Shown here: positions 37,655 to 44,597 of the stretch, in pieces
How positions within the stretch are numbered: the stretch's first letter is position 1
Layout of the letters: each line of letters opens with the position of its first letter
Origin: Candidatus Sulfotelmatobacter sp.
Lineage (GTDB): Bacteria > Verrucomicrobiota > Verrucomicrobiia > Limisphaerales > UBA11358
Length of the DNA: 64,000 nt
Assembly: GCA_035503455.1 (NCBI GenBank)
Contig: DATJTK010000080.1
Span: 73,271-137,270 of the forward strand
Reading direction: 5' to 3'
Notes under the pieces: generated by a model
Told to the model about the DNA's origin: nothing
Database searches by the model: none
What the model saw: the letters and a program-made list of their open reading frames with translations, nothing else
Made by a program: the position numbers and the translations under genes

Positions 37655-39343
37655 ATGTCAGTGGCTAAATCTTCATCCAAAGAACAGCAGACAACCGGCA
37701 ACGCGCGTCCGTTGCGGGTGGGCTTGATTTCACTCGGCTGCGCCAAGAACCTCGTGGACGGCGAAATCATGCTTGGTTCCCTGCTAAAAGACGGCATTCA
37801 GATCACCAACGATGCCGCCCAGGCGGACGCCCTGATCGTCAATACCTGCTCATTCATTGACTCGGCGCAGGAGGAGAGCGTGGACGCCATTCTCGAATCA
37901 GCCGAAGTCCGCGAGGCCAGGAACCGCGGCCAAAGTTTGATTGTTTCGGGCTGCCTGCCTCAGCGCTTCCGGGAGGAACTCCCAAAGCTTTTGCCCGAAG
38001 TGGACGCTTTCATGGGAATAGACCAGGTGACGAGAGTTTCGGAGATCGTCAAGGCCGCCATCCAAAAACGGGCGGAAAAAGTCAACAATCACCGGCCAGG
38101 CCAAAAACAGAGTTCCAAAGCCAAAATTGTTGGGCGTTTCGCGGAATTGGACAAAGGCCGGATCACCGGCCGGCCTCATTCCCACGATACGGGCGGACAA
38201 CCAGCCGACAAAAATTCAAAATTGACGGATGGACCGTTGCTCGAGGTTCACAACCGGCCGACATTCATTCCAGATTTCGCGACACCCCGGTTTCGGCTCA
38301 CCCCAAAGCATTTTGCGTACGTCAAAATCGCGGAGGGCTGCAATCATCCTTGCAGTTTTTGCATTATTCCGCGGATGCGCGGCTCCCATCGGAGCCGGGG
38401 CCAGCTTGATATCGTGGCGGAAGTCAAAGCGCTCGTTGCCGATGGCGTAAAAGAGATTAACCTGATTTCACAGGATTCCACCTATTACGGACTGGATTTG
38501 CGGCCCAATCACAGCCGGACGATCTCGTCGCCGGAAAAATTCTCCGCAGCCGCCAGGTCGCTTCCCGCCGAGGCCACCACCATTTGCAGCCTGCTGCGGG
38601 AATTAAATGCGATTGAAGGCGACTTCTGGATACGCCTGCTTTACACGCACCCGGCGCACTGGACCGATGATCTCATCGCCACCATCGGCCAGTGCAAAAA
38701 AGTGGCTCGATATGTGGATATTCCCCTCCAGCACATTCACGAAAACATGCTCGAACGCATGAGGCGGGAAACATCCCAGCAATACATTTGTGATTTGATC
38801 CGGCGGATTCGCGCAGGCGTGCCGGGTATTGCGCTGCGAACCACATTTATCGTCGGTTTTCCCGGTGAAACGGAACGATATTTTGAGACGCTGCTGGATT
38901 TTATCCATGACGTGAAATTTGAGCGCCTCGGCGTGTTTGTCTATTCCAGGGAAGAGGGAACGCGCGCAGGCGCGATGGCCGGACAAATCCCTGACCAAGT
39001 CAAACAGCAACGCCGCAAAATCGCGATGGCCGAGCAACGGAAAATTGCGCAGAACATTTCCCAGGCGTTCGTTGGGCGGGAGATCAAGGTCCTCGTCGAG
39101 GGCCGCGCCGATGCCAGGCAATTGGAAGGGGCGAATATCAGTTCCTGGGAGCATGGTTTTCTGCGCGGCGAAAAACCGTCCGCCACGCCGCTCACCGGCC
39201 GCTTTCTCGTCGCGCGCGGCGAGGCCGACGCGCCCGACATTGACGGGCGGGTCTTCATTCGCGGCCGTGCGCCTGTTGGCGAATTTGCCAGAGTCAAAAT
39301 CATCGGCCATACCGATTACGATTTGATTGCCCAACCCGTCTAG
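37655..39343 (+). CDS. rimO: Ribosomal protein S12 methylthiotransferase
   Basis: MTTase N-domain (LRVGLISLGCAKNLVDGEIMLG, IVNTCSF), radical-SAM motif EGCNHPCSFCIIP, and a C-terminal TRAM-like domain (FVGREIKVLVEG..RVKIIGHTDYDLIAQPV). It also contains low-complexity insertions. Confidence 0.9.
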   Translation: MSVAKSSSKEQQTTGNARPLRVGLISLGCAKNLVDGEIMLGSLLKDGIQITNDAAQADALIVNTCSFIDSAQEESVDAILESAEVREARNRGQSLIVSGCLPQRFREELPKLLPEVDAFMGIDQVTRVSEIVKAAIQKRAEKVNNHRPGQKQSSKAKIVGRFAELDKGRITGRPHSHDTGGQPADKNSKLTDGPLLEVHNRPTFIPDFATPRFRLTPKHFAYVKIAEGCNHPCSFCIIPRMRGSHRSRGQLDIVAEVKALVADGVKEINLISQDSTYYGLDLRPNHSRTISSPEKFSAAARSLPAEATTICSLLRELNAIEGDFWIRLLYTHPAHWTDDLIATIGQCKKVARYVDIPLQHIHENMLERMRRETSQQYICDLIRRIRAGVPGIALRTTFIVGFPGETERYFETLLDFIHDVKFERLGVFVYSREEGTRAGAMAGQIPDQVKQQRRKIAMAEQRKIAQNISQAFVGREIKVLVEGRADARQLEGANISSWEHGFLRGEKPSATPLTGRFLVARGEADAPDIDGRVFIRGRAPVGEFARVKIIGHTDYDLIAQPV

Positions 39344-39657
39344 CCGGTAGTGTCTTAAATTGGTTTGGTGTACACGCTTTAGCGTGCTCCGGAGCAGCCT
39401 GGAGACTGGACGGCGAAAAACCGTCCGCCACGCCGCTCACCGGCCGCTTTCTCGTCGCGCGCGCGGCGAGGCCGACGCGCCCAACTTGACGGGCGGGTCT
39501 TCATTCGTGGCCGTGCGCCGGTTGGCGAATTTGCCAGGGTCAAAATCATCGGCCATACCGATTACGATTTGATTGCCCAACCCGTCTAGTCGGTAGTGTC
39601 TTAAATTGGTTTGGTGTACACGCTTTAGCGTGCTCCGGAGCAGCCTGGAGACTGGAC
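39167..39657 (+). repeat. Tandem duplication (245 + 246 bp) of rimO 3' end plus downstream hairpin element
   Basis: Copy 1 is 39167-39411 and copy 2 is 39412-39657. They differ by about 6 substitutions, a +gc insertion and a 1-nt deletion. Both end in ...gtgtacacgctttagcgtgctccggagcagcctggagactggac. Confidence 0.95.
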
Positions 39658-39762
39658 GGCGAACCCGGTACACCCTGAAGGGTGGACACCAAACGCATTA
39701 AGGACCACTACCGTGCAGTTCCTTCCCTTGACGGACGATTTCGCCAACGCGATAGTTGCTGG

Positions 39763-41217
39763 ATGGAGGCGCCATGGACGTTTTTTGGTGGAAGCAGGTT
39801 CTTCGACGGCTTTGTATCTTCCGTGACGGCCATTATTGGCAGGACTCTGGGCCATTGGTTCGGCGAGTGGATCAACGATCCAATTCTGGGACCGATCACC
39901 ACGGCTGATTTATTCGTCGCCGCGATTCCCATTATTCTGGCGCTGGCAGTGGACATCCTGCTTGTCCTTATCTTTCGCCGCAAAGCCCGCAGCGCGCCCA
40001 CTCCGTCCCGCTGGCACATTCTTCTGCGCGGCGGCGTGCGTGGACCCGTCTATTTATTTGTTTGGCTTGCCGCCATTTACTTCAGTTTGACGCCGCTCCT
40101 GTTGAAGTGCTGGCCCAACTCGCGACCGGCCATCAATGACATTTTCACCGTCGCCTTCCTGGTTGCGCTGCTGTGGTTGAGCGGCAAATTGACCCATATT
40201 GCCAAAACTCAATTGAACAATTGGGCGGCAAAAATACCATCTCGTCCTGCCAAATTTGCCGTGCCATTGGTTGGACGAAGTCTGCGCGCCATCGCTCCGG
40301 CCATCATCATTATCTCTGCCTGGCCGATGCTCGGACTGTCGCGACGCTGTCCCACCGCCTTCTGGTACTTCAGCGGTATCTTAATTATCGGTGTCATTGC
40401 CTGGATCCTCACACAGGCTGTTGAAGTGGCCGAGAGGGCGCTGCTCGCTCAATACGATATCGGCCTTGCCGACAACCTTCAGGCGCGCAAGATTTATACA
40501 CAGACCCACCTCCTCTCCAGGACGAGTGAAGTCACCATTGCCGTTTTGGCCATGGCGTCCATTCTCATGCTCTTCCCGCCGGTCCGGCACGTTGGCGCGA
40601 GCGTGCTGGCATCGGCCGGCATTATGGGCGTCGTCGCCGGCATCGCCGCGCAAAAGACCCTGGCTAATTTCATCGCCGGTTTTCAAATCGCCCTCGCCCA
40701 GCCTTTTCGCCACGACGACGTCGTCATCGTTGAGTCTGAGTGGGGCCGAATTGAGGAAATTACCCTGACCTACGTCGTCGTTCGTATCTGGGATGAACGC
40801 CGCATGGTGCTACCTTTGACCTATTTTATCGAGCAACCATTTCAAAATTGGACCCGCCACACTTCCACCCTGATGGGCTCAATTTTTTTCTGGGTGGATT
40901 ACGCCTTTCCCGTGGAAGAAGGTCGAAACGCCCTTAAGGAAATCGTCGAGAAACATCCTCTTTGGGACAAACGCTTCTGGAACCTGCAAGTCACTGACTG
41001 CGACGAAAAAACCATGAAACTGCGTGTCCTGGCCACCGCCGCAGATGCTGGAAAAGCGTGGGACTTGCGTTGCGCAATCCGCGAGCAATTCATTGCTTTC
41101 ATCCAAAAGAGCCATCCCAAATGCCTCCCTCGAGTGCGCGCGGAAATTGATAACAGAATTCATCACCCTCACGGGGACAATGACCGCGAGCCTGGCGCGA
41201 TTCCGCGACGGTTGTAA
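39763..41217 (+). CDS. Mechanosensitive ion channel family protein (MscS-like)
   Basis: Multiple TM helices, then the MscS core GIMGVVAGIAAQKTLANFIAGFQIALAQPFRHDDVVIVESEWGRIEEITLTYVVVRIWDERRMVLP. The start is uncertain: the GTG at 39682 lies inside a repeat, so the ATG at 39763 is preferred. Confidence 0.8.
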   Translation: MEAPWTFFGGSRFFDGFVSSVTAIIGRTLGHWFGEWINDPILGPITTADLFVAAIPIILALAVDILLVLIFRRKARSAPTPSRWHILLRGGVRGPVYLFVWLAAIYFSLTPLLLKCWPNSRPAINDIFTVAFLVALLWLSGKLTHIAKTQLNNWAAKIPSRPAKFAVPLVGRSLRAIAPAIIIISAWPMLGLSRRCPTAFWYFSGILIIGVIAWILTQAVEVAERALLAQYDIGLADNLQARKIYTQTHLLSRTSEVTIAVLAMASILMLFPPVRHVGASVLASAGIMGVVAGIAAQKTLANFIAGFQIALAQPFRHDDVVIVESEWGRIEEITLTYVVVRIWDERRMVLPLTYFIEQPFQNWTRHTSTLMGSIFFWVDYAFPVEEGRNALKEIVEKHPLWDKRFWNLQVTDCDEKTMKLRVLATAADAGKAWDLRCAIREQFIAFIQKSHPKCLPRVRAEIDNRIHHPHGDNDREPGAIPRRL

Positions 41218-41246
41218 TCCAACACGGCGCATCTTGACACTGTTCC

Positions 41247-41380
41247 TGGTAGGGACGCTGCGCTGCGGCGTCCAGCGCCGCGTGCAGCGGCGCAACAAGT
41301 GGAATCGGACGTCCTTCCACCTATGTTCCGCCCGCTCATCTGCGCGGGCGGGGACATCGCAGCGCGATGTCCCTACCACC
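41247..41380. repeat. GC-rich multi-hairpin REP-like element (composite, same modules as 7812-7950 in rearranged order)
   Basis: Modules: ggtagggacgctgcgctgcggcgtcc, agcgccgcgtgcagcggcgcaac, then ...cgcccgctcatctgcgcgggcg and gggacatcgcagcgcgatgtccctaccacc. Confidence 0.8.
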
Positions 41381-41479
41381 AAGCGACCTCAAGAACAGTG
41401 TTTGGATTCGCCCATCGAATATTTCCCCTGCTCATCCTTCTCGACTTTTTAACGTCCGCAGCCAAAAATGCTGCAATAA

Positions 41480-42283
41480 ATGATTCATCCCACGGCCATC
41501 GTTCATCCAAAGGCCAAATTGGATTCCACGGTCCGCGTTGGGCCATACGCGGTCATAGATGAAGGCGTTGAGCTTGGCGCGAACTGTCTTGTTGGACCTC
41601 ACGTCTATTTGACCGGCCAGACAAAAATCGGCGCCGCAAATGCCTTCCATGCCGGTTGCGTGATCGGCGACGCGCCCCAGGATCTGAAATATAAAAACGA
41701 ACCCACCGGCTTGCGCATTGGCGATAATAACGTTTTTCGCGAGCACGTGACCGTGCATCGTTCCGCCAAAACGTCCGACGTAACCATGATTGGCTCGCGA
41801 AATTTCTTCATGCAGCATTCGCACGTCGCGCACAACTGCGTTATTGGAGACGACGCGATCATTGCCGGCGGCGCATTGCTGGCGGGGCACGTGGTGGTCC
41901 AGGACCGCGTGTTTATTTCCGGGAACTGCCTCGTTCACCAGTTTTGCCGGGTTGGGAAGCTGGCGATGATGCAGGGCGGCTCGGCCATCAGCAAAGATTT
42001 GCCTCCATTTTGCGTCGCATTGCAAGGCAATGAGATGTGCGGGCTCAACGTCGTTGGCCTGCGCCGGGCTGGATTCTCGACCGAAGAGCGGTTTGAATTG
42101 AAGCAGCTTTACAAAGCCCTTTTTCGAAGCGGGAAAAATTTTCGGGAGGCGCTGGCCGCCGCCCAAAAAACTTTTTCCAGCGAGCCCGCGGGGATTCTGC
42201 TAGATTTTCTCGCGGAGGCCAAACGCGGCGTGGTGACCGACATTGGCAAGGCGCGCGGTGAAAACGATGCCGGCAACGAATAG
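41480..42283 (+). CDS. lpxA: Acyl-ACP--UDP-N-acetylglucosamine O-acyltransferase
   Basis: MIHPTAIVHPKAKLDSTVRVGPYAVIDEGVELG, followed by hexapeptide repeats throughout and the C-terminal helical domain (GLNVVGLRRAGFS..). Confidence 0.93.
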   Translation: MIHPTAIVHPKAKLDSTVRVGPYAVIDEGVELGANCLVGPHVYLTGQTKIGAANAFHAGCVIGDAPQDLKYKNEPTGLRIGDNNVFREHVTVHRSAKTSDVTMIGSRNFFMQHSHVAHNCVIGDDAIIAGGALLAGHVVVQDRVFISGNCLVHQFCRVGKLAMMQGGSAISKDLPPFCVALQGNEMCGLNVVGLRRAGFSTEERFELKQLYKALFRSGKNFREALAAAQKTFSSEPAGILLDFLAEAKRGVVTDIGKARGENDAGNE

Positions 42284-42299
42284 TCAACCCTCCAAAACT

Positions 42300-42800
42300 A
42301 TGTATAAAATCCTGGGAGCAGACGGGCGGCAATACGGACCTGTGAACGCGGACCAGTTGCGGCGGTGGATTGCCGAAGGCCGCGCAAACGCGTACACGCA
42401 GGTCCTGGCTGAAGGGGCGCCGGAATGGAAACCGCTCTGCGCGCTGCCTGAATTCGCCGCTCTCTTTCCAATGGCCGCGCCGCCCGCGTTTACGCGGGCA
42501 ATGGGCCGTCGCCGAACCAGCGCGTCGGCCGTCTGGGGATTAATCCTCGGAATTTTGTCCTTGTTTTGCTGTCTGTGCTGTTGCCTGAATATTCCATTGG
42601 GAGCCCTGGGTTTGATTTTTTCCCTGACAGGCCTGTCACAAATCAGTGACTTCCCGGAAACCTATGAAGGCCGGGCCATTGCCATTGCGGGAATAGTCGT
42701 TTCGGCCCTGGGGTTGCTGCTGGGTCTTTCGATTCTGATTGCCAATGCGGCAAATGGAAATTTTCACTACAATCACAGTTGGCAATTTCACAGGTTTTAG
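42300..42800 (+). CDS. GYF_2 (DUF4339) domain + DUF4190-like membrane protein
   Basis: MYKILGADGRQYGPVNADQLRRWIAEGRANAYTQVLAEGAPEWKPLCALPEF forms the GYF-like domain. It is followed by Cys-rich TM helices (LGILSLFCCLCCCLNIPLGALGLIFSL). Confidence 0.7.
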   Translation: MYKILGADGRQYGPVNADQLRRWIAEGRANAYTQVLAEGAPEWKPLCALPEFAALFPMAAPPAFTRAMGRRRTSASAVWGLILGILSLFCCLCCCLNIPLGALGLIFSLTGLSQISDFPETYEGRAIAIAGIVVSALGLLLGLSILIANAANGNFHYNHSWQFHRF

Positions 42801-42804
42801 CCTT

Positions 42805-43245
42805 ATGACCGCGCAATCCCAGCCAGTTCCGCCAAAAATTCAGCGACGACCCTCCCTCTCGCTCTTTGCCACGGCAACTCTCGTTTTGGCGGGGATTGGC
42901 GGCGCGGCCATTTTATTTTTCTTTGACCCGTCAAAGAGCCATTTTTATCCGGTTTGCCAGTTTCATTCATTGACGGGCCTTTATTGTCCGGGGTGTGGCG
43001 CGACGCGTGCCACCTATCAATTGTTGCACGGCAATGTCCTGGCGGCACTGCACGACAACGCTTTGTATGTCGTTTGCCTTGGGGCGCTGGCGGCGCGCGG
43101 CGTTTGGTTTTTGAACCGGCGGTTGCGCCGCCAGCCGGTCCGCTTTTTTATTCCGCCCGTTGCCCTGTGGATATTTATGGTCGTTGCATTGCTTTTTGTG
43201 GTTGTGCGGAATTTGCCGGGATTTTCGTTCCTGGCGCCACTTTGA
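42805..43245 (+). CDS. DUF2752 family membrane protein
   Basis: From ATG 42805. It has the CPGCGATRA motif (YPVCQFHSLTGLYCPGCGATRATYQLLHG) plus TM helices. Confidence 0.7.
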   Translation: MTAQSQPVPPKIQRRPSLSLFATATLVLAGIGGAAILFFFDPSKSHFYPVCQFHSLTGLYCPGCGATRATYQLLHGNVLAALHDNALYVVCLGALAARGVWFLNRRLRRQPVRFFIPPVALWIFMVVALLFVVVRNLPGFSFLAPL

Positions 43246-43254
43246 ATTTACGGC

Positions 43255-43320
43255 TTGGTGTCCACCCTTGAGGGTGTTCCGGCATGGGCGTCAAACGAAC
43301 ACCCTAAAGGTGGACACCAG
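43255..43320. repeat. Inverted pair of the GGTGTCCACCCTTTAGGGTG-type hairpin element
   Basis: ttggtgtccacccttgagggtgttccgg (43255-82) and gaacaccctaaaggtggacaccag (43297-320) are reverse complements of each other. Other family copies: 3447-73, 7266-95, 37567-94, 39364-92, 39610-38, 39665-96 and 51041-70. Confidence 0.85.
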
Positions 43321-43436
43321 GCCAATATGCATGGTCAAACTTGCTAGGTTCATGAGCATCACAATGAGAACGATTTTGAGAGACTTGGATTTTTGGCTTT
43401 TGCAGAATGGCCGGCTCGTGTTCAATTTTCCCCACT

Positions 43437-43772
43437 ATGAGTCAAACCCATCCATTGACGACCACGGCATTTGACCTGCCGGGTTACCGCGTGACGAAAT
43501 CCTTTGGCGTCGTGCGCGGCATTATCGTCCGGTCGCGCTCGGTCATTGGCAACTTTGGCGCCAGTATCCAGAGCATTTTCGGCGGCAATATCTCGCTCTA
43601 TACGAGCCTTTGCGAACGCGCCCGCGAAGACACGTTTAACCTCATGCTCGCGCACGCCGGCGAACTCGGCGCCAACGCCGTCATCGGTGTGCGCTACGAC
43701 GCCACCGAAATCGCGCCGGGCATTACCGAGGTCCTGTGCTACGGAACGGCCGTTTACGTCGAAGCGGCTTAA
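43437..43772 (+). CDS. YbjQ family protein (UPF0145)
   Basis: [66 protein letters not shown] is the typical YbjQ pattern. The ATG at 43437 is preferred. Confidence 0.85.
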   Translation: MSQTHPLTTTAFDLPGYRVTKSFGVVRGIIVRSRSVIGNFGASIQSIFGGNISLYTSLCERAREDTFNLMLAHAGELGANAVIGVRYDATEIAPGITEVLCYGTAVYVEAA

Positions 43773-43807
43773 AGCTAAAAATCTCAAACCAGAAACATTC
43801 ATTCACG

Positions 43808-44536
43808 ATGGCCGGACACAGCAAATGGGCGAAGGTCAAGCACTTCAAGGGCGCGATTGACGCAAAACGTGGAAAAATCTTCTCGAAACTGGGGCGGGAA
43901 ATCACCGTCGCCGCCAAATTGGCCGGGGGCGACCCGGACATGAATCCGCGTCTTCGGATGATTCTGCTCAAGTGCCGCGCCGCAAACATGCCGGCCGACA
44001 ATATCGAGCGCGCCATTAAAAAGGGTGTTGGCGGGGGAGAAGACTCAAATTTCGAAGACCTGACGTATGAACTTTACGCGCCCCACGGCGTGGCGCTGCT
44101 GGTGGAAGTCAGCACCGACAACCGCAACCGGACGGCCTCTGACGTGCGCGCTATTGCCACCAAAAACAGCGGCTCAATCGCCACGCCCGGCTCCGTGAGC
44201 CGGCTGTTCCATCGCAAGGGCCAAATCATTGTTTCCAGGGAAAACGCCAATGAGGACAAACTGATGGAATTGGCCCTGGAAGCCGGCGCCGAGGATTTCA
44301 AAACCGACGCCCAGGGATTTGAAATTCTGACGGAACCGGCGACCTTTGAAGCCGTGCATAAGAAAATTGAAGCCGCCGGAATTAAATGCGACGCCGCCGG
44401 GATCACATCGTTGCCGGACATTACCGTGCCCTTGAACGGGGAGGCCGCGGCGCCGGTGAATAAACTCATTGACGCCCTCGAAGATCACGACGACGTCAAG
44501 GAGGTCTTTTCCAACGCGGAATTTCCGGACGAATGA
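43808..44536 (+). CDS. yebC: YebC/PmpR family DNA-binding transcriptional regulator
   Basis: MAGHSKWAKVKHFKGAIDAKRGKIFSKLGREITVAAKLAGGDPDMNPRLR is the canonical family N-terminus. Confidence 0.95.
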   Translation: MAGHSKWAKVKHFKGAIDAKRGKIFSKLGREITVAAKLAGGDPDMNPRLRMILLKCRAANMPADNIERAIKKGVGGGEDSNFEDLTYELYAPHGVALLVEVSTDNRNRTASDVRAIATKNSGSIATPGSVSRLFHRKGQIIVSRENANEDKLMELALEAGAEDFKTDAQGFEILTEPATFEAVHKKIEAAGIKCDAAGITSLPDITVPLNGEAAAPVNKLIDALEDHDDVKEVFSNAEFPDE

Positions 44537-44597
44537 ACATGGCTTCGCTGAACTGTGAGTGTGACCGGCCAAAAGGAGCGACGTTTCTTCCCAGGCG

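Noticed and set aside
39360-39572. 70-aa ORF downstream of rimO
   Set aside because: It is an out-of-frame translation of the second copy of the 245-bp tandem duplication. Its C-terminal 'GSKSSAIPITI' mirrors the alternate-frame ORF 38919-39326 inside rimO.
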